From a virus (Duplodnaviria > Heunggongvirae > Uroviricota > Caudoviricetes), in the IMG/VR virus record IMGVR_UViG_2537561603_000002: DNA of 34,676 nt. The stretch is one strand, 5' to 3'. Below, one piece after another: positions 1 through 9,356 of this stretch. How positions within the stretch are numbered: the stretch's first letter is position 1; the number at the start of each line of letters is the position of its first letter. The position numbers and the translations under genes were made by a program. Below the pieces are notes generated by a model. That model saw only the letters and a program-made list of their open reading frames with translations. It made no database searches and was not told the DNA's origin.

Positions 1-1038
1 TTACGGGGTAATGCCAACCGCTGCCGCCACTTTGTCGCCACTTGGCAGCGTTGCCAGAGGATTGAAACGGAGCGCCGTTTCCAGATGTGCGTAACGCATA
101 GTCATTTTTATATCGTGGTGTCCGAGAATTTTTTGTAAGGCCAGAATGTTTCCACCCGACATCATGAAGTGCGCCGCAAACGTATGGCGCAGAACGTGTG
201 TGAGTTGACCGCGAGGGAGCACGATAGACGTTTTTTCCATCACGGATAAAAATTGAAAATAGCAGTCTGTGAAGAAATTGAACCCATCAAGCGCCATGAT
301 CTCTTCGTAAAGCTCTTTACTGATAGGGATGCTTCTGTTTTTCTTCCCCTTCGTTCTTACAAAGGTAATTCGGTATTTGGTCACCTGTGAGCGGGTAAGA
401 TTTACGGCTTCACGCCAGCGTGCGCCTGTGCTTAAGCATATCTTAACTACCAGTGCCAGTATTGGGTCCTGACGTTTGCAATCAGCCAGCAATTCAACAA
501 TCTGCTCATGGGTAAGCCATGCCATCTCTTTTTCTGCGATGGTGAATTTTCGCATGTTCTCCAGTGGGTTCGGATACGACCATTCGCCCAGGCGGGATAG
601 TTCGCTAAAAACACTACTTAGATAGCTTTGCTCCAGGTTAACGGTGACCGGGCTTGCTCCTTTTTTCCATTTCTCGCTGAAGTAGATCTCACCTGTCAGG
701 CGTTTATCTCGATAGTGGGCAAACATTTTAGAGGTGAGATCGGTTGCAAGGGGATTGCCCAGAGCGTCAACCATCAGCAGTAATTTGTCATAGACATGCT
801 GCCCAGCAGTCAGAGATTTACCATGTAGTTTGAACCATAGTTCAACCAAGTCTTTCAGTGTTCGACGATCCACTGATTCACCCAGCCAGGGCTTTGCTTC
901 GGTTTCTTCCATCGTGTGACGCTCAAAAGCCAGAGCTTCGCCTTTGGTGGCGAATTGTTTACGCACACGACGCCCACTACGTCCGGCGGGGTAACATTCG
1001 CAAAGCCATTTTCCTGTGGTGAGTTTTCGTACTGCCAT
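1..1038 (-). CDS. int: Tyrosine integrase (P2/186-like); start taken at internal Met (MAVRKLTTGKW...), the ORF is open to 1194
   Basis: Translation has the P2-Int-like N-terminus (GRSGRRVRKQFATKGEALAFE) and C-terminal catalytic region (HVLRHTFAAHFMMSGGNILALQKILGHHDIKMTMRYAHL) with the R..HxxR..Y signature. Stop codon lies at 1-3, so the 3' end abuts the window edge. Confidence 0.85.
   Translation of the reverse strand: MAVRKLTTGKWLCECYPAGRSGRRVRKQFATKGEALAFERHTMEETEAKPWLGESVDRRTLKDLVELWFKLHGKSLTAGQHVYDKLLLMVDALGNPLATDLTSKMFAHYRDKRLTGEIYFSEKWKKGASPVTVNLEQSYLSSVFSELSRLGEWSYPNPLENMRKFTIAEKEMAWLTHEQIVELLADCKRQDPILALVVKICLSTGARWREAVNLTRSQVTKYRITFVRTKGKKNRSIPISKELYEEIMALDGFNFFTDCYFQFLSVMEKTSIVLPRGQLTHVLRHTFAAHFMMSGGNILALQKILGHHDIKMTMRYAHLETALRFNPLATLPSGDKVAAAVGITP
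19..40. repeat. Candidate attL core; 22-bp direct repeat with 31822-31843 (21/22 identical)
   Basis: cgctgccgccactttgtcgcca here versus cgctgccgccattttgtcgcca at 31822-31843. The two copies bracket the prophage, int-proximal and ogr-proximal. Confidence 0.55.
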
Positions 1039-1226
1039 AAAAAATGCCCTCCAGTGGAGAGCATTTTTACTGTATGTATAACCAGTGTCAATGTATGAAA
1101 TCCTGTGACGATACATCTCACTGAAGCCATAATGAAGTTGGCTATTCTTTTTGCTATGTGAGTATGTAAATTTTGCGGCTAACCTGCGGCTCATTTTTAT
1201 TTTAGGCGCAGATATAAAAGCAAAAG

Positions 1227-1418
1227 TTATCGTGAGTTTTTAGTACAGATTTTTTTGGATTTACTAATAGTTCCATCATTGCAAACGAATTTGCCATCTG
1301 AGGTACAGTGAGAAACACCTCCCTTTTTCCCTGAGCAGGGATAATTTCTAGCATAGGTAGTTAGTGGGTTTAATAACAAAGAACATGACAAAACCACAAA
1401 AAATACCTTACCAAGCAT
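1227..1418 (-). CDS. Small secreted or lipoprotein-like Cys-rich hypothetical protein (63 aa), AT-rich cargo between int and repressor
   Basis: ORF with N-terminal hydrophobic signal-like segment ([23 protein letters not shown]) and 6 Cys in the mature part; local AT-richness differs from the phage backbone. Confidence 0.4.
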   Translation of the reverse strand: MLGKVFFVVLSCSLLLNPLTTYARNYPCSGKKGGVSHCTSDGKFVCNDGTISKSKKICTKNSR

Positions 1419-1433
1419 AGTTTCCTCCCGGTA

Positions 1434-2090
1434 CTATTTAACATACTTGACTGTTAAACTTATAATTTTACCAATTATTTCAATGTCTTCTATCTTGCAT
1501 TCGAAGGCTCTGTTTCCACCCTCGACGAAGATTCTTCCACCGGGTAAACGAGTAATGTCACGGATCGTTATTTCGCCATCAATACTTATTATCCATTTAC
1601 CATCACGTATATCATCAAATTCTTTATCACAAATAAATTCAGAATTGTTATCTGTGATGACAAAAGGTTTTTTAAACGTAGAGGGTAGAAATCCCTTATC
1701 AAAAATATAAAAACCGTCTTTCTGCAATGCTCCATCAGACAATAAATATTTTTCTACTTCTATAGTATTTGTATTTGCTGATGCTTGCTTTGAACCATGC
1801 CCTGTTGTTAGCCAATTAAGCGAGGTGCCCGTTTCAAGGGCGCACTGGATTACCCAATCTGCTGGAAAAATATCACGCATATAGCGCGTTGCCATGGTGC
1901 TCTTAGAAACACCTAAATGATCACAGAGAGCCTGACGGGTACCGAACCCATATGCTTCAACTAAACGTTCTATGGCTTTCTTACCGCCGCTATTGAAATC
2001 CACAAGTCCTCCAAAGAAATCCAAAATTCGTTGACAGATTCCAAAAGCGATCTTAAGGTTGAACCAGAAGTGTTCTTTTGGAGCCTTCAC
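1434..2090 (-). CDS. Immunity repressor, phage 186 CI-like (HTH)
   Basis: 218-aa ORF divergent from the apl-like gene; helix-turn-helix-like segment (RQALCDHLGVSKSTMATRY) and 186 CI-like flanking motifs (VEAYGFG, CALETGTSLNWLTTGHG). Position between int and the early operon matches P2/186 architecture. Confidence 0.7.
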   Translation of the reverse strand: MKAPKEHFWFNLKIAFGICQRILDFFGGLVDFNSGGKKAIERLVEAYGFGTRQALCDHLGVSKSTMATRYMRDIFPADWVIQCALETGTSLNWLTTGHGSKQASANTNTIEVEKYLLSDGALQKDGFYIFDKGFLPSTFKKPFVITDNNSEFICDKEFDDIRDGKWIISIDGEITIRDITRLPGGRIFVEGGNRAFECKIEDIEIIGKIISLTVKYVK

Positions 2091-2148
2091 TACTAATCAC
2101 GACAAACAACGGCTCGCCACAAGCCATATCTAGAAGGAATGTTGCCTT
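2091..2148. promoter_or_regulatory. Lysis-lysogeny switch region between divergent repressor and apl/cox-like genes (expected early and repressor promoters/operators)
   Basis: 58-bp gap between the divergent start codons at 2090 (-) and 2149 (+). Function inferred from P2/186 switch organisation; no operator was mapped. Confidence 0.4.
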
Positions 2149-2352
2149 ATGACACCTAACATTTCAATTACTCTGAATACACCACATGTCACAATCGAAC
2201 GTTATAGCGAACTGACTGGCCTTTCTATTGATACGATTAACGACATGTTGGCTGATGGCCGACTACCTCGTCATCGTCTTCGTAAAGACAAAAAACGTGA
2301 AAAGGTAATGATTAACCTGGCTGCTCTGACTGTTGATGCTTTGTCTGCTTAA
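2149..2352 (+). CDS. apl: Apl/Cox-like excisionase and transcriptional regulator (67 aa)
   Basis: First gene of the rightward early operon; small basic HTH-like protein ([30 protein letters not shown]), as expected for 186 Apl / P2 Cox. Confidence 0.65.
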   Translation: MTPNISITLNTPHVTIERYSELTGLSIDTINDMLADGRLPRHRLRKDKKREKVMINLAALTVDALSA

Positions 2353-2416
2353 TAGATGTCTATTTTCGCAATAAGACGCTGAGTTCGATTTTGCGATAAG
2401 TTCGGAGTTGAAAACC

Positions 2417-2926
2417 ATGTTTGATTACCAAGTTTCCAAACATCCACATTTTGATGAAGCCTGTCGTGCATTCGCACTGCGCCACAATCTGGTGCAACTG
2501 GCAGAACGTGCTGGCATGAATGTGCAGATTCTGCGGAACAAGCTGAACCCATCTCAACCTCATTTATTAACCGCACCAGAAATCTGGCTGCTTACCGATC
2601 TGACAGAAGATTCAACGCTGGTAGATGGTTTTCTGGCACAGATTCACTGCCTGCCATGTGTACCGATTAATGAGGTTGCAAAAGAGAAACTGCCGCATTA
2701 CGTCATGAGCGCAACTGCAGAGATCGGACGTGTTGCAGCAGGTGCGGTATCTGGTGATGTAAAAACTAGTGCCGGTCGTCGTGATACTATCAGCAGCATT
2801 AACTCTGTAACACGACTGATGGCGCTGGCTGCTGTTTCATTGCAGGCCCGTTTACAGGCTAATCCTGCGATGGCGAGTGCAGTTGATACCGTGACTGGCC
2901 TCGGTGCTTCATTCGGTTTGCTGTGA
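2417..2926 (+). CDS. cII: CII-like lysogeny establishment regulator (169 aa from ATG 2417)
   Basis: Position directly after apl; the 169-aa product from the ATG at 2417 (SD-like ggag upstream) fits the 186 CII size and resembles it by recall. Confidence 0.6.
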   Translation: MFDYQVSKHPHFDEACRAFALRHNLVQLAERAGMNVQILRNKLNPSQPHLLTAPEIWLLTDLTEDSTLVDGFLAQIHCLPCVPINEVAKEKLPHYVMSATAEIGRVAAGAVSGDVKTSAGRRDTISSINSVTRLMALAAVSLQARLQANPAMASAVDTVTGLGASFGLL

Positions 2927-2933
2927 GGTGCTT

Positions 2934-3134
2934 ATGCTGACGAAAGAACCATCATTTGCATCGCTGCTGGTAAATCAAAGCCCGGCAATGCACTACGGTC
3001 ACGGCTGGATCATGGGTGAGGATGGTAAACGCTGGCATCCGTGCCGTTCACAAGATGAATTGCTGGCAGAACTATCTACGAAAAAACGGGGGAACAAATG
3101 GCTATTGAAGGCGCTGCGGCTACTGTTCCATTAA
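2934..3134 (+). CDS. Early-operon hypothetical protein (66 aa)
   Basis: ORF with SD-like gaggtg 4 nt before ATG 2934; tightly packed in the early operon. Confidence 0.45.
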   Translation: MLTKEPSFASLLVNQSPAMHYGHGWIMGEDGKRWHPCRSQDELLAELSTKKRGNKWLLKALRLLFH

Positions 3135-3439
3135 GCCCCGGTGAACGCCTGAATGGACTTAATCACATTGCGGAGTTAAGGGCGAAAGTTTTTGGCCTGA
3201 ATATTGAGTCAGAGCTTGAGCGGTTTATTAAAGATATGCGTGATCCACGGGATATCAATAGCGAACAAAATAAACGGGCACTGGCTGCCATATTCTTTAT
3301 GGCAAAAATTCCAGCTGAACGTCATAGCATCAGCATTAATGAGCTGACCACTGACGAAAAGCGGGAGTTGATTAAAGCAATGAATCATTTTCGTGCAGTG
3401 GTGAGCTTATTTCCCAGACGGCTAACCATGCCGAATTAA
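3098..3439 (+). CDS. Early-operon hypothetical protein (113 aa)
   Basis: ORF overlapping the end of the preceding gene, same strand, in the early operon. Confidence 0.45.
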   Translation: MAIEGAAATVPLSPGERLNGLNHIAELRAKVFGLNIESELERFIKDMRDPRDINSEQNKRALAAIFFMAKIPAERHSISINELTTDEKRELIKAMNHFRAVVSLFPRRLTMPN

Positions 3440-3506
3440 CCAGCTAATGAAATTAATGGCGTAAACCCGCCGGGCATCCCTTTATCTAAATTCAGGAGAA
3501 TTGATT

Positions 3507-3740
3507 ATGCGTAATATTGAAACCCTCACGACTAAAACCGGACCGGATGACGCAGGGCTTAATATTTTACTGACAGAGGCTCGTCTGGAAGAACGCCGGG
3601 CAAGGGCTGAAGCAATGGCTGCCCGCCTTGATAGTCTTGCGTGTCATATCACATCCCGCCAGCTAAACCACGTCGAAGCGGCAGAACTGCTGCGTGTGAC
3701 CGCTGAAGCAATCCAGAACGAAGCGCAGGAGATCCACTAA
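3507..3740 (+). CDS. Early-operon hypothetical protein (77 aa)
   Basis: ATG at 3507 preceded by SD aggaga; coiled-coil-like sequence. Confidence 0.45.
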   Translation: MRNIETLTTKTGPDDAGLNILLTEARLEERRARAEAMAARLDSLACHITSRQLNHVEAAELLRVTAEAIQNEAQEIH

Positions 3741-3967
3741 TGGCTGATGCAATGGATCTCGTACAGCAGCGCGTTGAAGAAGAACGCCAGCGCCATATCC
3801 GTGCTGCCCGTGCCAAAACACCGGGCGTGTCTCGCGTGCTTTGCATTGAATGTGAAGCGCCAATTCCGCCAGCACGCCGCCGCGCCATTCCAGGAGTGCA
3901 GCTTTGCATTACCTGTCAGGAAATCGCAGAGCTGAAAGGCAAACATTACAACGGAGGTGCTGTATGA
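3740..3967 (+). CDS. TraR/DksA-family C4 zinc-finger protein (75 aa)
   Basis: CxxC...CxxC arrangement ([26 protein letters not shown]) typical of phage TraR/DksA-like zinc fingers; start overlaps the previous stop (TAATG). Confidence 0.6.
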   Translation: MADAMDLVQQRVEEERQRHIRAARAKTPGVSRVLCIECEAPIPPARRRAIPGVQLCITCQEIAELKGKHYNGGAV

Positions 3968-4266
3968 CAGGGGCTGTGCGTATCCATCAATTAAAAATTG
4001 CACCTAAGTATTTCAACGCTGTGGTTGCAGGTCAAAAGACGGCTGAACTTCGTAAAGACGATCGTGGCTATAAAGTTGGTGATGTTCTTTCTCTTTGCGA
4101 ATGGAAGCATGGCGTATTTACGGGTAGGGAATGGGCCGCGGTTATCTCTCATGTGCTTCCGGTTAATGACGTCATGGCAGTTACAGAACAATGGGTGATG
4201 CTATCAATTCGCTCATTAACCCCATTAGAAGCTTTAGGATATGTTATTGCAGGAGGTGCTGTATGA
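3964..4266 (+). CDS. ASCH/DUF3850-like (PUA-fold) small protein (100 aa)
   Basis: ORF from ATG 3964, translationally coupled to neighbours; family assignment is by recalled similarity and is tentative. Confidence 0.4.
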   Translation: MTGAVRIHQLKIAPKYFNAVVAGQKTAELRKDDRGYKVGDVLSLCEWKHGVFTGREWAAVISHVLPVNDVMAVTEQWVMLSIRSLTPLEALGYVIAGGAV

Positions 4267-5120
4267 GCACCATCCTGAAATGGGCGGGTAATAAAACCAC
4301 CATTATGTCCGAACTGAAAAAATACCTTCCTGCTGGCACGCGACTGGTTGAACCTTTCGCGGGTTCTTGTGCTGTGATGATGGAGACGGATTACCCCAGC
4401 TATCTGGTTGCGGATATTAATCCTGATTTAATCAACCTCTATAAAAAGGTTGCTGCTGATTGTGAGGCGTTTATATCTCGTGCCAGAGCTTTATTTGAGG
4501 AAGCAAACAGAGAGGTGGCTTATTACAACATAAGGCAGGAGTTTAATTACTCCACTGAAATTACTGATTTCATGAAAGCGGTATATTTTCTGTATCTCAA
4601 TCGTCATGGTTACCGTGGGCTATGTCGCTATAACAAGAGCGGGTATTTCAACATTCCCTACGGTAATTATAAAAATCCGTATTTCCCTGAAAAAGAAATT
4701 CGCGCATTTGCAGAGAAAGCCCAGCGGGCAACGTTTATCTGCGCCAGCTTTGATGAAACGCTGGCGATGTTGAAGGCGGGGGATGTGGTGTATTGCGATC
4801 CGCTTTATGACGGTACGTTTTCCGGCTATCACACTGATGGCTTCACTGAAGATGACCAGTATCACCTGGCATCCGTTCTTGAACATCGATCATCTGAAGG
4901 TCATCCGGTCATTGTTTCTAACAGTGACACATCCCTGATCCGTTCGCTGTATCGCAATTTTACTCACCACTACATCAAGGCAAAACGCAGCATCGGCGTG
5001 GCAGCTGGTGAGAGTAAATCTGCAACAGAAATCATCGCTGTTTCCGGGCCGCGCTGCTGGGTAGGATTTGATCCTTCGCGTGGCGTGGATTGTTCCGTCG
5101 TGTACGGAGTGCGTGCATGA
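4263..5120 (+). CDS. dam: DNA adenine N6-methyltransferase (Dam-like, orphan)
   Basis: N-terminal SAM-binding motif (ILKWAGNK...VEPFAGS) and catalytic DPLY motif ([11 protein letters not shown]), as in Dam/T4-Dam class MTases. No adjacent restriction enzyme. Confidence 0.8.
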   Translation: MSTILKWAGNKTTIMSELKKYLPAGTRLVEPFAGSCAVMMETDYPSYLVADINPDLINLYKKVAADCEAFISRARALFEEANREVAYYNIRQEFNYSTEITDFMKAVYFLYLNRHGYRGLCRYNKSGYFNIPYGNYKNPYFPEKEIRAFAEKAQRATFICASFDETLAMLKAGDVVYCDPLYDGTFSGYHTDGFTEDDQYHLASVLEHRSSEGHPVIVSNSDTSLIRSLYRNFTHHYIKAKRSIGVAAGESKSATEIIAVSGPRCWVGFDPSRGVDCSVVYGVRA

Positions 5121-7531
5121 GCCATGCTGATATGAACAACTGCAGCGGCTTTAACGAGGTCGCCGCAGCATTCTCATGGAACAGCCCGAAAAAGGCCATT
5201 AACCCTTATCTGGACCCGGCGGAAGTTGCGCCGGTTTCTGCGCTTTCAAACCTGATCACTCTGTACGCTGCCGATAACGAGCAGGAACAACTGCGCCGCG
5301 AGGCACTGAGTGATCAGGTCTGGGAGCGTTATTTCTTTAATGAATCCCGTGATCCTGTCCAACGCGAAATGGAGCAGGATAAGCTAATTAGCCGGGCAAA
5401 GCTGGCGCATGAGCAGCAGCGTTTTAATCCAGACATGGCCATTCTGGCGGACGTCAACGCCCAGCCTTCCCATATCAGCAAGCCGCTGATGCAACGTATT
5501 AAATACTTCAGCAGCCTGGGCAGGCCAAAGGCTTATTCCCGCTATTTGCGTGAGACGATTAAGCCATGCTTGGAACGACTGGAGCATGTACGCGACAGTC
5601 AGCTATCCACTTCTTTTCGCTTTATGGCAAGCCATGAAGGGCTGGACGGCCTGCTGATCCTGCCTGAAATGAGTCAGGATCAGGTGAAACGCCTGTCCAC
5701 CTTGGTAGCTGCGCATATGAGCATGTGCCTTGATACAGCTTGTGGCGATTTGTATGCCACCGATGATGTTACGCCAGAAGAAATCCGCAAGACATGGGAA
5801 AAGGTGGCAGCGGAAACCCTGCGTCTGGATGTTATCCCGCCTGCGTTTGAGCAACTTTGTCGGAAAAGAAACCGCCGTAAACCCGTGCCTTATGAACTCA
5901 TTCCGGGTTCGCTGGCGCGTATGTTATGCGCCGACTGGTGGTATCGGAAATTATGGAAGATGCGTTGCGAATGGAGGGAAGAGCAGTTGCGTGCTGTTTG
6001 CCTGGTCAGCAAAAAAGCATCTCCCTATGTCAGCTATGAAGCCGTGATGCATAAACGTGAGCAGCGCCGTAAGTCGCTGGAGTTTTTCCGTTCTCATGAA
6101 CTGGTGAACGAAGACGGCGACACGCTGGATATGGAAGACGTGGTAAACGCCAGCAGCAGCAACCCTGCGCATCGCCGCAATGAGATGATGGCCTGTGTTA
6201 AAGGTCTGGAGCTTATCGCGGAAATGCGTGGTGACTGCGCCGTTTTCTACACCATCACCTGTCCGTCACGTTTCCATTCCACGCTAAATAACGGCAGGCC
6301 CAACCCGACCTGGACAAATGCGACGGTAAGACAAAGCAGTGATTATCTGGTCGGTATGTTTGCTGCATTTCGTAAGGCGATGCACAAAGCCGGATTACGC
6401 TGGTATGGCGTGCGGGTGGCTGAGCCGCATCATGACGGTACAGTTCACTGGCACCTGTTGTGTTTTATGCGCAAAAAAGATCGCCGCGCCATTACTGCTT
6501 TGTTGCGTAAGTTTGCCATTCGTGAAGACCGCGAGGAGCTGGGTAATAACACGGAACCACGCTTTAAGTCTGAGCTGATAAACCCGCGCAAAGGTACGCC
6601 AACAAGCTACATCGCGAAATACATCAGTAAGAACATTGACGGGCGTGGTCTGGCTGGCGAGATCAGCAAGGAAACGGGTAAATCCCTGCGTGATAACGCC
6701 GAATACGTTAATGCCTGGGCGTCTTTGCATCGTGTTCAGCAATTCCGCTTCTTTGGCATTCCGGGGCGTCAGGCTTACCGTGAACTGCGATTGCTGGCTG
6801 GTCAGGCGGCAAGGCAACAGGGGGACAAAAAAGCAGGTGCGCCGGTACTGGATAACCCGCGCCTTGATGCCATCCTGGCTGCCGCTGATGCTGGCTGTTT
6901 TGCCACCTACATCATGAAGCAGGGCGGCGTACTGGTTCCCCGCAAATATCACCTCATCAGAACCGCTTATGAAATCAACGAAGAGCCGACCGCCTATGGC
7001 GATCACGGTATTCGTATTTATGGCATCTGGTCACCCATTGCAGAGGGCAAGATCTGCACTCATGCGGTGAAGTGGAAAATGGTTCGTAAGGCCGTTGACA
7101 TTCAGGAGGCGGCAGCCGACCAGGGCGCTTGCGCCCCTTGGACTCGTGGCAATAACTGTCCCCTTGCTGAAAATTTGAACCAGCAGGAGAAAGATAAATC
7201 AGCTGATGGGGACACCAGAACGGACATTACCTGCATGGATGACAAGGAGTTGCACGATTATCTGCACAGTATGAGCAAAAAAGATCGCCGGGAACTGGCA
7301 GCAAGGTTACGCCTGGTGAAACCGAAACGGCGTAAAGACTACAAACAGCGAATTACAGACCATCAGCGACAGCAGCTTGTCTATGAACTGAAGTCCAGAG
7401 GATTTGATGGCAGCGAGAAAGAGGTCGAGTTGCTCCTTCGCGGTGGCAGTATTCCGTCAGGAGCAGGCCTGCGTATCTTCTATCGGAACCAGCGTCTGCA
7501 GGAGGATGATAAATGGCGGAACATGTATTAA
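5117..7531 (+). CDS. A: Replication initiation protein A (rolling-circle HUH endonuclease)
   Basis: About 804 aa from ATG 5117 (ATGA overlap with dam stop); HUH motif ([13 protein letters not shown]) and downstream Tyr motif ([11 protein letters not shown]) typical of P2 gpA / 186 RepA. Confidence 0.85.
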   Translation: MSHADMNNCSGFNEVAAAFSWNSPKKAINPYLDPAEVAPVSALSNLITLYAADNEQEQLRREALSDQVWERYFFNESRDPVQREMEQDKLISRAKLAHEQQRFNPDMAILADVNAQPSHISKPLMQRIKYFSSLGRPKAYSRYLRETIKPCLERLEHVRDSQLSTSFRFMASHEGLDGLLILPEMSQDQVKRLSTLVAAHMSMCLDTACGDLYATDDVTPEEIRKTWEKVAAETLRLDVIPPAFEQLCRKRNRRKPVPYELIPGSLARMLCADWWYRKLWKMRCEWREEQLRAVCLVSKKASPYVSYEAVMHKREQRRKSLEFFRSHELVNEDGDTLDMEDVVNASSSNPAHRRNEMMACVKGLELIAEMRGDCAVFYTITCPSRFHSTLNNGRPNPTWTNATVRQSSDYLVGMFAAFRKAMHKAGLRWYGVRVAEPHHDGTVHWHLLCFMRKKDRRAITALLRKFAIREDREELGNNTEPRFKSELINPRKGTPTSYIAKYISKNIDGRGLAGEISKETGKSLRDNAEYVNAWASLHRVQQFRFFGIPGRQAYRELRLLAGQAARQQGDKKAGAPVLDNPRLDAILAAADAGCFATYIMKQGGVLVPRKYHLIRTAYEINEEPTAYGDHGIRIYGIWSPIAEGKICTHAVKWKMVRKAVDIQEAAADQGACAPWTRGNNCPLAENLNQQEKDKSADGDTRTDITCMDDKELHDYLHSMSKKDRRELAARLRLVKPKRRKDYKQRITDHQRQQLVYELKSRGFDGSEKEVELLLRGGSIPSGAGLRIFYRNQRLQEDDKWRNMY

Positions 7532-7623
7532 TTACGCTGATTAACAATTCGTGCTCTTAATAATACCAGGCATATCAGGCTGATGAACGTAAAAAAACGT
7601 TTTACATCAGTAAGATTATTATA

Positions 7624-7643
7624 TACTGCAAATATAAACAGTG
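7624..7643. promoter_or_regulatory. LexA box (SOS operator) upstream of the tum/dinI-like genes
   Basis: tactgcaaatataaacagtg: CTG-N10-CAG with an AT-rich spacer, matching the LexA consensus TACTG(TA)5CAGTA, 40-60 bp upstream of ATG 7685. Confidence 0.6.
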
Positions 7644-7684
7644 GTTATGTATACAGTATTGCTTGTGGTGTCATAGGAGGAAAA

Positions 7685-7873
7685 ATGCAGGACTATTTTT
7701 TGGAGTCTTTAAAGCTCCAGCGCATTGATTTTTTTCTTAAGCTTGTAGCGGCTAGTGAGTGTAGTGATGAAGAGAAGGGGCTGGCTTTGCAGTGGGTTTC
7801 TGAACTAACAGATGAACTCATGGCAAAAATCAGAACCCACGAATACAACCGCTCAATGGATGTCATCAGTTGA
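7685..7873 (+). CDS. Small protein in tum position (candidate SOS-induced antirepressor-like)
   Basis: ATG at 7685 with SD aggagg; lies directly downstream of the LexA box in the position of 186 tum. Functional call is positional inference. Confidence 0.4.
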   Translation: MQDYFLESLKLQRIDFFLKLVAASECSDEEKGLALQWVSELTDELMAKIRTHEYNRSMDVIS

Positions 7874-7883
7874 GGTGACTTTT

Positions 7884-8117
7884 ATGCGCATTGAAATAAT
7901 GATCGATAAAGAGCAGAAGATTAGCCAGTCTATCCTGGACGCCCTTGAATCCGAGCTTTACCGCAATCTGCGCCCCCTGTATCCAAAAACGGTAATTCGT
8001 ATCCGCAAAGGTAGCTCTAACGGTGTGGAACTGACCGGACTGCAACTGGACGAAGAAAGAAAACAAGTGATGAAAATTATGCAGAAGGTGTGGGAAGACG
8101 ACAGCTGGCTGCATTAG
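7884..8117 (+). CDS. DinI-family protein (77 aa)
   Basis: MRIEIMIDKEQKISQSILDALESELYRNLRPLYPKTVIRIRKGSSNGVELTGL...KIMQKVWEDDSWLH parallels DinI (MRIEV...; conserved C-terminal W-E-[SD]-x-D-x-W); own SD gaggtg. Confidence 0.7.
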   Translation: MRIEIMIDKEQKISQSILDALESELYRNLRPLYPKTVIRIRKGSSNGVELTGLQLDEERKQVMKIMQKVWEDDSWLH

Positions 8118-8245
8118 AGAACGTTGCGGATGATAAAACTAGCTTTTACCATCTGCAAGGCTGAACAACGATTGTAGCGAGGTGTTAGGTGGTTCAAAAG
8201 TAAAGCGGTTATTTTGCCCGTAAAAGTGAACCACCTGTATCTTGA

Positions 8246-8986
8246 TCAGTTTTCTTTGAATTTTTCACTTAATCGTTTCGTCAATACTTCGACAGATTCT
8301 TTGCGACCGGAGAACAAGTCATTGACGACGTACTCCATAATCTCAAAAGCATCCTCAATGTCTTTGACTTTTACTTCATCGTAGGTATGGCTTCCGGCAT
8401 TTCCTAAAAATTTAATTGCCATAAGAGGTCTTGAAAACGATCCGTATAATTCAGGTAGCATCCCTAAACGGTGGTGTAGAGTTATGCGTTTGCCATTATC
8501 ATTACGTTCAGCTACATCCATAGCGGTTAGCATTCTTTCAACTGAAATTCGAATTAGGTTTGCTGCTGCGCCAGGCTGTATTAGGAAAATGGAAAATGAG
8601 GCTTCAAGCGGTTCGGTAATTTCTTCTGGGCATTTTTCAGGTATTTCGAAAGGATGCAGTGATGGGTAAAAGGTGAAAGGTCTGTGCCATTGATAGTACT
8701 CAATATCATTTCTTTCTTCATCCCAACCTTGTTCCCATCCACTCTTACCAGTACAGGCCACAACTTCACCACATTGCATTCTTGAACAGCGGGCCATGCA
8801 ACTGAAAATAGATGAATCCATTTCTAGTTCAAACCAATCTTCACTGCGGAATTTTCGGGTATCATGTGTGTCATACGAGACGAAACTTTCTTTAATGATC
8901 TGTAGGGTTTTCTGATTGCAGTTAGGGCAGGGCCACTCAACCTGCATATCGTGGAAAAACGCACCAGAGAGCTTGTGCACAGTCAT
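8246..8986 (-). CDS. Cargo hypothetical protein (246 aa): N-terminal Cys-rich (zinc-ribbon-like) region plus C-terminal alpha-helical domain; candidate defence protein
   Basis: Reverse-strand ORF with SD gagga upstream of ATG 8986; CPNC...CxxxCxxxxC...C cysteines; C-terminal region holds an R-x4-H motif (KRITLHH); lower GC than backbone; in the A-to-Q variable region. Confidence 0.55.
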   Translation of the reverse strand: MTVHKLSGAFFHDMQVEWPCPNCNQKTLQIIKESFVSYDTHDTRKFRSEDWFELEMDSSIFSCMARCSRMQCGEVVACTGKSGWEQGWDEERNDIEYYQWHRPFTFYPSLHPFEIPEKCPEEITEPLEASFSIFLIQPGAAANLIRISVERMLTAMDVAERNDNGKRITLHHRLGMLPELYGSFSRPLMAIKFLGNAGSHTYDEVKVKDIEDAFEIMEYVVNDLFSGRKESVEVLTKRLSEKFKEN

Positions 8987-9250
8987 TCTTTGTGTTCCTC
9001 ATTTTTATGATTGGTAGGGATTGTATCTTCATACACGATTACAGTTGCATTAAAGATAAGCCATAGCAAGCTACTGGAAAAGAGACGAAACAGCTGGGCA
9101 TATCAGATGTTTTTTCTTAAGGTAAGTTGTTGTGCATGCCTATACTGCATGAGATTGCATGATCGTTTGAGGATCGTTATTGCTAAGGCCCACCAGAACT
9201 GGCGGGCTTTTGCGTAGAGCATGCAGGTGCATGAAAACAACTACATAAAG

Positions 9251-9280
9251 CGGGCAGGCGTGGCGGGGATACGATTGCGC
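9251..9280. other. Candidate cos (cohesive end) site
   Basis: ggcgtggcggggatacgat resembles the P2/186-family cohesive-end sequence as I recall it (P2 GGCGAGGCGGGGAAAGCAC). Recalled, not verified. Confidence 0.3.
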
Positions 9281-9356
9281 GCAGAAGATTATTATTGGTA
9301 CACTGTCGGTGACTCTCTACGCAGATCTTACACATTAATTTCTAATGGGGCATGCT

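Noticed and set aside
1039-1194. Upstream extension of the integrase ORF to the ATG at 1194 (397 aa)
   Set aside because: The extension has no similarity to integrase N-termini. The internal Met at 1038 gives a P2-Int-like N-terminus and a typical ~345-aa length.
6395-7006. 203-aa minus-strand ORF inside replication gene A (similar cases at 13866-14528 in N, 30329-31029 in D and 15610-16062 in L)
   Set aside because: Antisense ORFs fully overlapping well-supported genes; no SD sites or domain signatures noticed.
7583-7684. Longer start (7583) for the tum-position ORF
   Set aside because: It would place the LexA box and promoter inside the coding region. The ATG at 7685 has a strong aggagg SD.
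9011-9217. 68-aa ORF in the intergenic region between the two cargo genes
   Set aside because: No SD, Cys/Leu-rich unlikely translation, and it lies in a region that more plausibly holds promoters and the cos site.
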